From Deferribacterales bacterium (GTDB lineage Bacteria > Chrysiogenota > Deferribacteres > Deferribacterales > Geovibrionaceae): a DNA stretch of 64,000 nt. Shown here in pieces: positions 19,597 through 29,378 of this stretch (its first letter is position 1; each line of letters begins with the position of its first letter). Made by a program: the position numbers and the translations under genes. The notes under the pieces are model-generated. The model was not told the origin of the DNA, searched no databases, and saw only the letters and a list, made by a program, of their open reading frames with translations. The DNA lies in the NCBI GenBank assembly GCA_050251875.1, contig JBFWMA010000003.1, forward strand, positions 32,001 to 96,000, given 5' to 3'.

Positions 19597-20184
19597 TCAA
19601 GCCCTTTTGGTGAATACATCGTCTATAAGACCATACTCTTTAGCCTCAATAGCCGACATGTAATTATCTCTGTCAGAATCCTTGGAAATTTGTTCAGGCG
19701 TTTTACCTGTGGCAGCCGAGAGAAATTCGTTGATATGCTGTTTAATGCGAAGGATTTCTTTCGCGTGAATCTCTATATCGGTCGCCTGACCCTGAGCGCC
19801 GCCCAGAACCTGATGTATCATGATGCGTGCATTGGGCAGTGCGTATCTCTTGCCTTTTGTTCCCGCGGCGAGAAGTACCGCGCCCATGCTCATTGCCTGA
19901 CCTATGCATATTGTTGATATGTCAGGTTTTATATAGTTCATAGTGTCGATGATGGCGAAGCCGTCGCTGACAACGCCGCCGGGGCTGTTGATGTAGAGGA
20001 AGATGTCCTTATCGGGGTCTTCCGCTTCCAGAAACAGCATCTGCGCTATGATGGAGTTAGCTATACCGCTTTCTACCTGAGAGCCCAGAAAAATTATTCT
20101 GTCTTTCAGCAGACGGGAATAGATGTCGTATGATCTCTCCCCTCTACCTGTCTGTTCTATGACATAGGGTACATAGTAGCTCAT
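19597..20184 (-). CDS. clpP: Clp protease proteolytic subunit
   Basis: [35 protein letters not shown]. Confidence 0.97.
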   Translation of the reverse strand: MSYYVPYVIEQTGRGERSYDIYSRLLKDRIIFLGSQVESGIANSIIAQMLFLEAEDPDKDIFLYINSPGGVVSDGFAIIDTMNYIKPDISTICIGQAMSMGAVLLAAGTKGKRYALPNARIMIHQVLGGAQGQATDIEIHAKEILRIKQHINEFLSAATGKTPEQISKDSDRDNYMSAIEAKEYGLIDDVFTKRA

Positions 20185-20194
20185 TTACGCTTCC

Positions 20195-21541
20195 TTATTT
20201 AGAGGCCTTTTGTGAAGCCTCGGCTATTTTGGCGTCTCTTTCAGCTTTAGAAACTACCTTTTCGCAGATGGTGTTGTTAGCTGTCAGGTAGTCGTAAACC
20301 ATATTGGTGAATACTGTGTTTCTGAAAGAATTGATGCCGCCGTACTGCTCCAGCTCTTTTTTAAATTCGTCAATTTTCTTGTCGAATTTCTCTGCGTATT
20401 CCGCAATTGCCTTATCAACATCCTCGTCAGTGGGATTGATGTTATTCTTTTCGGAAATTTTATTGATAACAAGAGCGCTTTTTATCTGGCGCTCAGCCAC
20501 GCCGAAGTTTTGCTCGGCGAGCTGCTGTTTGTTTATTCCGAACTGAGCGGGATCCATTCCGTACATGCTGTACTGACGCAGAGTCTGCTCAGCCAGTTTG
20601 TCCGCCTGCTCTACTATCATGACAGTCGGGATGTCGAAAGGGTTCTCATCAATTATTTTATCAAGGATCTGATTGTAGAGAGCGTCTTTGGAAAGATCAG
20701 CGGCTTCAGCCTCCAGATCTTCCTTAACGGCTTTCAGCAGAGCGTCCATAGTCTCATATTTTTCACCCACGGATTTAGCGAAAGCGTCATCCAGAGCGGG
20801 CATTGCTTTTTTCTTAATTTCGTGCAGAGTTATTGTGAATACCACGGGCTGACCTGCCAGTGATTTTTCATGGTAGCTCTCGGGGAATGTAACGGTGATG
20901 TCTTTCACATCGCCTTTTTTCATGCCCACCAGCTGCTCTTCGAAGCCGGGGATGAATGTGCCTGAGCCGATCTCCAGAGAGTAGCTCTTAGCGCATGCGG
21001 AAGGAATCACGGTTCCGTTCAGCTTGCCTTCGAAATCTATAACTGTCATACATCCGTTTTCCACAGCTCCGTCTTCCACAGGCTCGAAAGCAGACTGACG
21101 TCCGCGGAGGTTTTCTATTACGGTTGTAACATCTTCGTCTGTAACTTCGTTCATCTCTTTTGTGAATTCAAAACCGGAAAATTTAGCAATGTCGTAAACG
21201 GGGAAAACGTCTACATATACTTTGAAAGTGATGGGTGAGTTGTCGTCTTCGAACTTAACATCCTTCACCTCGGGCTGACCCATGGCTCTGATGTCGTTCT
21301 GCTCTATGGATGTTCTCACGGCTTCGTTGATAACGTGCTCCAGAGTCTGAACACGGATAGCGTGTCCTCTCTCTTTCATTACCACGTCTTTTGGGGCTTT
21401 GCCCTCACGAAAACCTGCTACTTTTATAGATTTGGCTACCTTGTCGAATTCCTTCTTAAAGGCTTCCTGGAATACTTCTGCGGGTATTTCAACGCTGATT
21501 TCTTTCTGGGATTTTTCCTTATCCGTTACTGTAACTTTCAT
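20195..21541 (-). CDS. tig: Trigger factor
   Basis: GFREGKAP ribosome-binding motif, FIPGFEEQL FKBP domain; upstream of clpP. Confidence 0.95.
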   Translation of the reverse strand: MKVTVTDKEKSQKEISVEIPAEVFQEAFKKEFDKVAKSIKVAGFREGKAPKDVVMKERGHAIRVQTLEHVINEAVRTSIEQNDIRAMGQPEVKDVKFEDDNSPITFKVYVDVFPVYDIAKFSGFEFTKEMNEVTDEDVTTVIENLRGRQSAFEPVEDGAVENGCMTVIDFEGKLNGTVIPSACAKSYSLEIGSGTFIPGFEEQLVGMKKGDVKDITVTFPESYHEKSLAGQPVVFTITLHEIKKKAMPALDDAFAKSVGEKYETMDALLKAVKEDLEAEAADLSKDALYNQILDKIIDENPFDIPTVMIVEQADKLAEQTLRQYSMYGMDPAQFGINKQQLAEQNFGVAERQIKSALVINKISEKNNINPTDEDVDKAIAEYAEKFDKKIDEFKKELEQYGGINSFRNTVFTNMVYDYLTANNTICEKVVSKAERDAKIAEASQKASK

Positions 21542-21648
21542 TTATATCTCCTTGGGAGTCTTTATCATTTGTTTTCTGCGAATTATTATTGAATCAGTCT
21601 GACAACGGGCGTGTAAGCTACACCCGCGATATTGAGTAGGTCAAGAAA

Positions 21649-21729
21649 TGCGAGTGAAGGGACTCGAACCCCCACGTCTAGGACACTAGATCCTAAGTCT
21701 AGCGCGTCTACCAATTCCGCCACACTCGC
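21649..21729 (-). tRNA. tRNA-Leu(TAG)
   Basis: GCGAGTG acceptor stem, CTAGA-CTTAGGA-TCTAG anticodon arm, long variable arm, GTTCGAG T-loop. Confidence 0.95.
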
Positions 21730-21747
21730 AAAGCGTTGTTGTAAGAG

Positions 21748-21821
21748 GGTGGATGACGGGGCTCGAACCCGCGACAACAGGAATCACAATCCTGTACTCT
21801 ACCAACTGAGCTACATCCACC
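21748..21821 (-). tRNA. tRNA-His(GTG)
   Basis: Encoded G-1 and C discriminator; CAGGA-TTGTGAT-TCCTG anticodon arm. Confidence 0.95.
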
Positions 21822-21834
21822 ACAAAAAAACAAA

Positions 21835-21908
<74 letters not shown>

Positions 21909-22102
21909 ATAGGTGGCTTCACGAATCACAGACCTTATCAAAAGACTTTGGTTTAGTCAACAGAAAATTTGTTATTTTTCAAACAAAATATACAGCGTTT
22001 CAATGCCTTTGTCATTAGCTCTTGCGCTAACCTAAAAATAAGAATATTACAGTCCTTGAAGCTATGATATATTATAAATAATGACAGAGATAAGGGGCAG
22101 AA

Positions 22103-22888
22103 ATGATTATTTATGACGAAACTCCCGTATATGTCGGGACAGCAGGATACAAGTTTGACGACTGGCTGGGGACATTCTATCCCAACGATTTTCCCAATGA
22201 GCAGATGCTTAAATTCTACAGCAGAGAGAAAGGGCTCAGCTTTCTCGAGCTGACATTCACATTCTATAACGATCCCACGGAAGAGATTACCGCAAACATA
22301 GAGGAAAACGCCTCTGACGAGCTGTCGATATCCGTCAGGCTGAACAAGCGCTTTCTGAAGGAATATCCCGATCAGGCTGACGCTGACAAGTTCAAGTCCG
22401 GTCTGGCTCCCATATATGAACGCACAAAAGCGTATTTCGCAGATTTCTACAACGGGTTCCCGCCTTCCAGAGCCAATCTGGAGCATATCTTCCGTCTGAG
22501 AGACGCTTTCAGCGACAAGCCCTTCTTTGTGGAGCTGGCTAACAGAGGCTGGTACAAACAGCGCTTTCTGGAAGATCTGAAAAAGAACAACATAGGCATA
22601 GTCTCTGTGGACTATCCGCCCTCCAGCGGTCTGGCGCCTTATTTTGTGCAGTCTTTCAACAGCACAGGCTATATCCGTCTCTATGGACACAGCCCCGAGT
22701 GGGAGGGCGCCAACAACAGAGACCTCAACTTCAGATATAATATGAAGCAGATGCAGAAGATAAAACAGGACGTGGGGGCGCTCTGCGCCGTGTCCAACAC
22801 TGTCTTTGTGTCATTCTGCAACTCTGCCATGGCGAGCGCCGCCATGAACGCTATCGAGCTCACAAGGATGCTGAAAGGAGAACTCTGA
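22103..22888 (+). CDS. DUF72 (YecE-like) TIM-barrel protein
   Basis: VGTAGY..DW.GTFYP, ELTFTFY and YIRLYG patterns. Confidence 0.85.
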   Translation: MIIYDETPVYVGTAGYKFDDWLGTFYPNDFPNEQMLKFYSREKGLSFLELTFTFYNDPTEEITANIEENASDELSISVRLNKRFLKEYPDQADADKFKSGLAPIYERTKAYFADFYNGFPPSRANLEHIFRLRDAFSDKPFFVELANRGWYKQRFLEDLKKNNIGIVSVDYPPSSGLAPYFVQSFNSTGYIRLYGHSPEWEGANNRDLNFRYNMKQMQKIKQDVGALCAVSNTVFVSFCNSAMASAAMNAIELTRMLKGEL

Positions 22889-24168
22889 TGAGTATTAACG
22901 CAGACTATCTGGTAAAGTTCAGGAAATCATCTAAACTCTATAAGAAAAGCTGTAAATTCTTTCCCAACGGCGTTTCACACGATATACGCAATTATCCCCC
23001 TTTCCCTGTCGTCACAGACAGATGTGACGGCATATACATGTATGACGTGGACGGCAACAAAATAATCGACCTGTGGATGGGTCACTATGCCAATATACTC
23101 GGACACGGCAACAGCGCCCAGACAAAGGGGCTGAAAAAAGCTGCCAAAGCCGGCATACACCACGGCACACTCAACCGCTATCAGATAGAGTTCGCAGAGC
23201 TGGTTCAGAAAGCTGTTCCAGAGATGGAGCATATGCGTATATGCACATCCGGCACAGAAGCGACCATGTATGTCACCCGTGTGGCGAGAGCTTTTACAGG
23301 CAGACAGGTTCTGGTTAAGGCGGAGGGCGGATGGCACGGCGGCAACTCTGTTCTGTCCACCGGCGTTGTGCCTCCTTTCGAAAAGAATAAACACTCCATA
23401 GAGGGACAGCTCACTGTGTCCGTTCCGTATAACGATATAGAAAAGACCGCTGAAACTCTGAACACTTATAAAAACGACATAGCCGCCATAATAATAGAAC
23501 CCATGCTGGGCGCCGGCGGAGGCATAACCGCCTCTGACGGATATCTTAAAATGCTCCGTGAGTTCTGCGATCAGAACGGCTCTCTGCTGATATTTGATGA
23601 GGTGATAACCGGATTCCGCTTCCGCTACGGCAGCATCTGGCCCATGCTGGGGGTTCGCCCGGACATGTTCACCTTCGGCAAGGCATCCGCAGGCGGAATG
23701 CACATAGGCATATACGGCGGACGCAAAGACGTCATGAAAACCATCACCAAAAAGAAACTTTTCGTGGGCGGAGGCACATATTCCTGCAACCCCGTGTCCA
23801 TGTGCGTTGGTATAGAAACACTGAAAAAGCTGAGAACAGCCGACTATCTCTCACTGAACAAAGCGGGTGACGATTTCCGTGATTTCCTGTCCGGAGCGGT
23901 TAAAGGGCTTCCTTTCCCTGCGTATGTCACAGGATTCGGCTCATTTTTCTGCGTTCACTTCACTGACGGATACTATGGAAAGATAACCCCCGCAGTGATT
24001 ATGAATTCCGGTGTGAAGGAGAGGGAAGACCTCTTTAAAGCCGCCATGCTGCTGAACAATGTCTTCACAATGCATTCGGGCGGCGCATTTTCCTTTAAGC
24101 ATTTAAAAAGTAAGACGATAGATTCTTTAAAAGAGGCGTATACCGAATCGTTCAATCTGCTGAGCTGA
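22888..24168 (+). CDS. Class III PLP aminotransferase, glutamate-1-semialdehyde aminomutase-like
   Basis: SGTEATM, GGWHG, LIFDEVITGFR, TFGK (PLP lysine), GGTYSCNP. Confidence 0.85.
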   Translation: MSINADYLVKFRKSSKLYKKSCKFFPNGVSHDIRNYPPFPVVTDRCDGIYMYDVDGNKIIDLWMGHYANILGHGNSAQTKGLKKAAKAGIHHGTLNRYQIEFAELVQKAVPEMEHMRICTSGTEATMYVTRVARAFTGRQVLVKAEGGWHGGNSVLSTGVVPPFEKNKHSIEGQLTVSVPYNDIEKTAETLNTYKNDIAAIIIEPMLGAGGGITASDGYLKMLREFCDQNGSLLIFDEVITGFRFRYGSIWPMLGVRPDMFTFGKASAGGMHIGIYGGRKDVMKTITKKKLFVGGGTYSCNPVSMCVGIETLKKLRTADYLSLNKAGDDFRDFLSGAVKGLPFPAYVTGFGSFFCVHFTDGYYGKITPAVIMNSGVKEREDLFKAAMLLNNVFTMHSGGAFSFKHLKSKTIDSLKEAYTESFNLLS

Positions 24169-24189
24169 TATACGCCGGACGGAGACATC

Positions 24190-24492
24190 TTGGAAAGGTT
24201 TGTCCGGAAGAAAGCGGCGGCAATCAGATATGACAAGGCGACTGACAGAGTACCTAAGCTGGTGGCGAAGGGAAAGGGTGTCGTTGCGGATAAAATAATT
24301 GAAAGGGCGCTTGAGCATAATATTTATATAAAAGAAGACAAAGACCTGGTGGAGGCTCTCTCCACTCTCGATCTGTTCGATGAAATCCCCGTTGAACTGT
24401 ATAAGGTTGTGGCGCTCCTGCTGGCAGAGCTTTATAAGATCAACTCAAAAATCAAAAGCGAAAAATACGCCGAAAGTCTTAAGAATATTTAA
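24190..24492 (+). CDS. Stand-alone FlhB C-terminal-like protein (FlhX/YlqH type)
   Basis: AAAIRYD...PKLVAKGKG...EIPVELYKVVA parallels the tail of FlhB at 61174-62235; TTG start after GGAG. Confidence 0.88.
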   Translation: MERFVRKKAAAIRYDKATDRVPKLVAKGKGVVADKIIERALEHNIYIKEDKDLVEALSTLDLFDEIPVELYKVVALLLAELYKINSKIKSEKYAESLKNI

Positions 24493-24506
24493 CTCAGAAT
24501 GTAGCA

Positions 24507-24544
24507 TGAGATTGCCGCGCTTTCTGCGAAAGCTCGCAATGACA
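24507..24544. repeat. Palindromic repeat family 1, right half only
   Basis: TGAGATTGCCGCGCTTTCTGCGAAAGCTCGCAATGACA matches the second half of the full copies. Confidence 0.8.
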
Positions 24545-24556
24545 ATTAAGTAACTC

Positions 24557-24662
24557 ATAAACATCGTCCTGATGTTTATTCGCCAACGCTTCGTCTCGGC
24601 AAAGGCCTCGCTGCGCTCACACTCCGCGGACGGCACCGCTCCGTGAGGCACATCCTGTGCCT
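24557..24662 (-). repeat. Structured repeat family 2, copy C
   Basis: Minus strand begins AGGCACAGGAUGUGCCU and ends AUAAACAUCAGGACGAUGUUUAU. Confidence 0.85.
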
Positions 24663-24743
24663 TGTGTTAACTGTTATTAATTTTCCAGATGTTCGTTGAT
24701 GCGTCTGAGCAGAATCTCGATCTTCTTGACAGATATTCATCTC

Positions 24744-24849
24744 ATAAACATCGTCCTGATGTTTATTCGCCAACGCTTCGTCTCGGCAAAAGCCTCACTG
24801 CGCTCACACTCCGCGGATGACACCGCTCCGTGAGGCACATCCTGTGCCT
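24744..24849 (-). repeat. Structured repeat family 2, copy D
   Basis: Near-identical to copy C (4 substitutions). Confidence 0.85.
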
Positions 24850-24863
24850 TCTGTTAACTGTTA

Positions 24864-25220
24864 TTAATTTTCCAGATGTTCGTTGATTCGTCTGAGCAGA
24901 ATCTCGATCTTTTTATCTTTGGTAAAATATTCCTCGGCATAGAGAGAGGCGAAATTTCTTTTGTATTCATCATAGGCGGTGAGCAGAAAAACCACCTGAG
25001 ACTCTTTCAGCATTTTTATCTCTTTTAAAACTTCCAGACCGGATCTGTCAGGCATGTTGACATCGAGAAGCACCAGATCATATTCGCCGCTTCTGAACTT
25101 ACTCAGCCCCGTCTCTCCATCCTCGGCAGTATCCACAGAGAACCCCTTCTCCGTAAGCAGATTGTGATAGTGATCCCGGATGTGCTGTTCATCGTCAACA
25201 ATCAAAATTGTTTTTCCCAT
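24864..25220 (-). CDS. Single-domain response regulator (receiver only)
   Basis: ILIVDDE, LLDVNMPD, LLTAY, FTK. Confidence 0.92.
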   Translation of the reverse strand: MGKTILIVDDEQHIRDHYHNLLTEKGFSVDTAEDGETGLSKFRSGEYDLVLLDVNMPDRSGLEVLKEIKMLKESQVVFLLTAYDEYKRNFASLYAEEYFTKDKKIEILLRRINEHLEN

Positions 25221-25232
25221 CTTTTCACCCCT

Positions 25233-26681
25233 TTATGCGGGGAGAACCAGTGTGAAGACCGCTCCTTTCCCCGAATCAGAAACAAATATATCTCCGCCGT
25301 GCGCCAGCATGATTTTCTTGCACAATGGAAGACCAAGCCCGGTTCCATTTCTTTTCTTAGTGAAAAACGGCTCGAAAATCTTTTCCATGACGTCTGTAGG
25401 AATCCCACCCCCGGTATCCTTAATCGTCAGGGTTATGTGCTTTTTGCTCACCTTGGCATCGATAATGACATCTCCGCCGTCCTGCATCTCCTGTACACTG
25501 TTAGTGATCAGGTTCATCAGCACCTGCATGAACTTGTCTCTGTCTACATAAACATATAGCTCATCACTAATTTTTACAACAACATTTATCAGACCGAAAC
25601 ACAGACAGTTGCGAAGTATAACCATTACTTCGTCCAAAAGTTCCTTAAGGTTAACTTTATGTTTGTCAACCTCCATCCTTCTGGAATAAGACAGGATATC
25701 TTTTACTATTTTTTCCAGTCTTACTATCTCTGACTGGATAATCTTCAAATAGTTCTTTGCCTGGGGGGAAATTTCTGTTTGTTCCATCCTTTTGGCAAAC
25801 CCGCCGATAGCCACCAGAGGGTTTTTCAGCTCGTGCGCCACTGTGGCGGACAGGCTTCCCATTTTCAGCAGATTCTCTTTGTTGCTGTTGGTTTTTTTCA
25901 TGTCCTCAAGCTGTGTCTGAACCAGCTCGAGCTGTTTTCTGGTGCGGAAAAATTCTATGGAAAGAGAACAGATATTTCCATAAAGTTTCACCGCCTCAGT
26001 ATCCGCTTTAGAATAGTCATCCTTGCAGACTATAAGAACGCCTATAGGTTTTTTGCCAACACCCAGCCCTGTCACCAGCATGTTTCCGCAGAAATATTTC
26101 TCAAAATTCTCGAAACCTTCGATGGTATCCGCCTGAATTATCTCTGTTCTGTCATAAAACATGATGTCGGACAATATATTTTTTGATTTGAAGATCAGCT
26201 TGGTGTTTCTGAATGCGGTCACATCTATCTTCATGCTTTCGTTGCAGTATATAACACCCCGCAGCTCCAGCAGAGCCTCGTTCAGAAACATAATGCCTGC
26301 CCTTCTGAAGTCTCCGTTCAGGATGAGGGACGACACCAGCTGGTGGAGCACCTTGTCCAGAGATCTCTGTCCGGTGATATTCTCCAGTATCTTGGCACTG
26401 GCAACCTCTCTTGACGTGGCGGAATCTGTGGGGGAATAGACGTAAACGTTCAGAAGTTTTTTTATGCGGGTCAGCTCATCTTCAGAGGGGTTGATGGGTC
26501 TGTCCGTGAAAATGGACACAGCGACATCTCTGGATACGATGCTGTATTCAGGAATCATGATCGATGTCTCTCCTGTTCTCAGGAGGACGCCTACCGTATC
26601 TCTGACAATTAGCCCCATGACTCTGCAATTAAGAACCGATTCCAGCAGATCCATGAGGTCCGATGTGGCTGATGACGGCAT
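25233..26681 (-). CDS. Cytoplasmic sensor histidine kinase (possible GAF-like input)
   Basis: AHELKNPL H-box; NLITNS, DTGGGI, FEPFFT and GTGLGL boxes. Confidence 0.92.
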   Translation of the reverse strand: MPSSATSDLMDLLESVLNCRVMGLIVRDTVGVLLRTGETSIMIPEYSIVSRDVAVSIFTDRPINPSEDELTRIKKLLNVYVYSPTDSATSREVASAKILENITGQRSLDKVLHQLVSSLILNGDFRRAGIMFLNEALLELRGVIYCNESMKIDVTAFRNTKLIFKSKNILSDIMFYDRTEIIQADTIEGFENFEKYFCGNMLVTGLGVGKKPIGVLIVCKDDYSKADTEAVKLYGNICSLSIEFFRTRKQLELVQTQLEDMKKTNSNKENLLKMGSLSATVAHELKNPLVAIGGFAKRMEQTEISPQAKNYLKIIQSEIVRLEKIVKDILSYSRRMEVDKHKVNLKELLDEVMVILRNCLCFGLINVVVKISDELYVYVDRDKFMQVLMNLITNSVQEMQDGGDVIIDAKVSKKHITLTIKDTGGGIPTDVMEKIFEPFFTKKRNGTGLGLPLCKKIMLAHGGDIFVSDSGKGAVFTLVLPA

Positions 26682-26694
26682 ATTACTCTCTAAT

Positions 26695-26723
26695 AAAACG
26701 CGGAGACGCCAGGGCGCCTCCGC
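26695..26723 (-). terminator. Intrinsic terminator after ppdK
   Basis: Minus strand GCGGAGGCGC-CCTG-GCGTCTCCGC-GTTTT. Confidence 0.7.
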
Positions 26724-26738
26724 ATAAATTGTTTGTCC

Positions 26739-29363
26739 TTATTTCTTCAGTGCCGCGTGCGCCGCTGCCAGTCTGGCTACAGGCACACGGAAGGGAGAAC
26801 AGCTCACATAGTTGAGCCCTGCTTTCTGACAGAATTCTATAGAAGCGGGGTCTCCGCCGTGCTCGCCGCATATACCTGTTTTCAGGTTTGCTCTCACACT
26901 GCGTCCTTTGCTTACTCCCATCTCAACGAGCTGACCAACGCCGCTCACGTCTATGGATACGAAGGGATCTTCTTTGTAGATGCCTTTTTCCACATAGAGA
27001 GGCAGGAATTTACCGGCATCGTCACGGCTGACGCCCAGTGTTGTCTGTGTCAGGTCGTTTGTACCGAATGAGAAGAACTCAGCATGCTCAGCTATCTCAT
27101 CCGCTGTCAGGGCGGCTCTGGGGAGCTCGATCATGGTTCCCACCATGTACTCCACTTTCACGCCGTATCTTTCCATAGTGACTTTAGCCACGTCATTTGT
27201 CATGTCTTTCAGAATCTCAAGCTCTTTGTAGTTGCCCACCAGAGGGATCATCACTTCGGGTTTAACAACTTTTCCGGCTTTCTGAAGCTCACATGCCGCC
27301 TCAAAGATTGCTCTGACCTGCATCTCATATATCTCGGGATATGTGAGACCCAGACGGCATCCTCTGTGTCCGAGCATGGGGTTGAACTCGTGGAGCTCTT
27401 CCGCTTTCGCTTTCAGGTGCTCTGCGGCTATACCGGATGATTTCGCCACTTTCTCCACATCTTCATCTGTGTGGGGGATGAACTCGTGAAGAGGGGGATC
27501 CAGCAGACGGATAGTAACGGGCAGTCCCTCCATAGCGGTGAACAGACCGAGGAAATCCTCTTTCTGATAGGGCTCTACCTTTTTCAGAGCTTTTCTGCGT
27601 CCTTCCTCGTCATCGGCGAGGATCATCTCACGCACGGCATCTATTCTGTCGCCGTCAAAGAACATGTGCTCTGTACGGCACAGACCGATACCTTCCGCTC
27701 CGAACTCTCTCGCCACCTGAGAATCGTGGGGAGTGTCGGCGTTGGCTCTGACACCCAGTGTTCTGTATGTGTCAGCCCATGTGAGAATCTCGGCGAATTC
27801 GCCGGAGAGCTCAGGCTCGATAAGTTTAGCGGCGCCCAGGATAACCTCTCCTGTGGAACCGTTGATTGTTATAATATCGCCCTCTTTAACAGAGACGTTG
27901 CCTGTGTTAAAGATTTTTGAATCTTCGTTTATTCTGATAGCGCCGCATCCGGCTACACAGCATTTACCCATACCGCGGGCAACAACCGCCGCATGGCTGG
28001 TCATTCCGCCTGTGGCTGTCAGAATACCCTGAGCGGCGTGCATACCGCCGATGTCTTCGGGGGATGTTTCCGCTCTTACGAGGATTACTTTTTCGCCTTT
28101 TTCAGCCCATGACTCGGCGTCTTCAGCGGAGAAAACAACCTTGCCCACAGCCGCTCCGGGAGATGCCGGAAGACCTTTGGCGATTATGTCGTATTTTATG
28201 CTGGTGTCGATCATGGGGTGCAGAAGCTGATCCACCTGCTCGGGAGCCACACGCAGAACGGCTGTCTGTTTGTCTATCAGCCCCTCAGCGACCATGTCGA
28301 AGGCGATCTTCACAGCGGCTTTCGCTGTACGTTTGCCTGTTCTGGTCTGGAGCATGTAGAGTGTGCCTCTTTCGATGGTGAACTCTATATCCTGAACATC
28401 TTTGTAGTGGTTTTCCAGTTTCTTATAAACTTCCTCAAGCTGTTTGAAAGACTCGGGCATGGCCTTTGCCAGTGTGGCGATGGGCTCGGGAGTTCTGATC
28501 CCTGCCACCACGTCCTCGCCCTGAGCGTTCACAAGGTATTCACCGAAGAATACTTTTTCGCCTGTGGAGGGGTCACGGGTGAAAGCAACGCCTGTACCGC
28601 AGTCGTTACCCATGTTTCCGAAGACCATGGACTGAACGTTAACGGCTGTTCCCCAGTCATCGGACATTTTATTGATTTTTCTGTATGTTTTGGCTCTCTG
28701 ATTGTTCCATGAGTCAAAAACAGCGTCTATAGCGTATTTAAGCTGCTCTTTGGGATCCTGAGGAAACTGCTTGCCTATTTCCTGCTCAACGAGACCTTTG
28801 TACTTGCCCACAAGCTCTTTCAGGTCGTCAGCGCTAAGCTCTGTGTCCTCTTTCACTTTTCTGGCTTCTTTCATATCCTTGAGGATATGCTCGAATTTGT
28901 GGTGACCGATGCCCAGAACAACGTCTGAGAACATCTGGATGAATCTGCGGTAGCTGTCATAGGCAAATCTGGCGTTGCCTGATGATTTCTCCAGACCTTT
29001 TACAGATTCGTCAGTCAGACCGAGGTTGAGAACCGTGTCCATCATACCGGGCATAGACACTCTGGCTCCTGAACGGACGGAAACAAGGAGAGGATTTGAC
29101 ACATCTCCGAATTTTTTGCCCATGGCGTCTTCCAGCTTAGCCAGCGCCTCAAGCGCCTGATCCCACAGTCCCGCGGGATACTCCTTGTTGTCTTTGTAAT
29201 ACTGGACACATGCTTCAGTTGTGATGGTGAAGCCGGGAGGAACGGGTATTCCGATGCTGGTCATCTCAGCGAGACCAGCGCCTTTACCTCCGAGAAGGTT
29301 CTTATTCTTTCCGTCACCTTCCGTACGGTCTTTACCAAAGAAATAAACCCATTTGGCGCTCAT
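26739..29363 (-). CDS. ppdK: Pyruvate phosphate dikinase
   Basis: LLGGKGAGLAEM, GGMTSHAAVVARG, GLCRTEHMF, FSFGTNDLTQ. Confidence 0.97.
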   Translation of the reverse strand: MSAKWVYFFGKDRTEGDGKNKNLLGGKGAGLAEMTSIGIPVPPGFTITTEACVQYYKDNKEYPAGLWDQALEALAKLEDAMGKKFGDVSNPLLVSVRSGARVSMPGMMDTVLNLGLTDESVKGLEKSSGNARFAYDSYRRFIQMFSDVVLGIGHHKFEHILKDMKEARKVKEDTELSADDLKELVGKYKGLVEQEIGKQFPQDPKEQLKYAIDAVFDSWNNQRAKTYRKINKMSDDWGTAVNVQSMVFGNMGNDCGTGVAFTRDPSTGEKVFFGEYLVNAQGEDVVAGIRTPEPIATLAKAMPESFKQLEEVYKKLENHYKDVQDIEFTIERGTLYMLQTRTGKRTAKAAVKIAFDMVAEGLIDKQTAVLRVAPEQVDQLLHPMIDTSIKYDIIAKGLPASPGAAVGKVVFSAEDAESWAEKGEKVILVRAETSPEDIGGMHAAQGILTATGGMTSHAAVVARGMGKCCVAGCGAIRINEDSKIFNTGNVSVKEGDIITINGSTGEVILGAAKLIEPELSGEFAEILTWADTYRTLGVRANADTPHDSQVAREFGAEGIGLCRTEHMFFDGDRIDAVREMILADDEEGRRKALKKVEPYQKEDFLGLFTAMEGLPVTIRLLDPPLHEFIPHTDEDVEKVAKSSGIAAEHLKAKAEELHEFNPMLGHRGCRLGLTYPEIYEMQVRAIFEAACELQKAGKVVKPEVMIPLVGNYKELEILKDMTNDVAKVTMERYGVKVEYMVGTMIELPRAALTADEIAEHAEFFSFGTNDLTQTTLGVSRDDAGKFLPLYVEKGIYKEDPFVSIDVSGVGQLVEMGVSKGRSVRANLKTGICGEHGGDPASIEFCQKAGLNYVSCSPFRVPVARLAAAHAALKK

Positions 29364-29378
29364 TACGATAACCCCCTG

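Larger units (their letters stand above)
24554..24914. repeat. Tandem duplication of a 174-bp unit (period 187 bp)
   Basis: 24554-24727 versus 24741-24914; 7 mismatches counted by eye; 13-bp spacer. Confidence 0.93.

Noticed and set aside
24445..24773. Small ORFs 24445-24651 and 24576-24773
   Set aside because: They are translations of repeat DNA; the duplicated regulator tail is out of frame with them.
24554..24914. CRISPR array or DGR template/variable repeat pair
   Set aside because: Only two long units, no spacers, no cas or reverse transcriptase gene, and mismatches are not confined to adenines.
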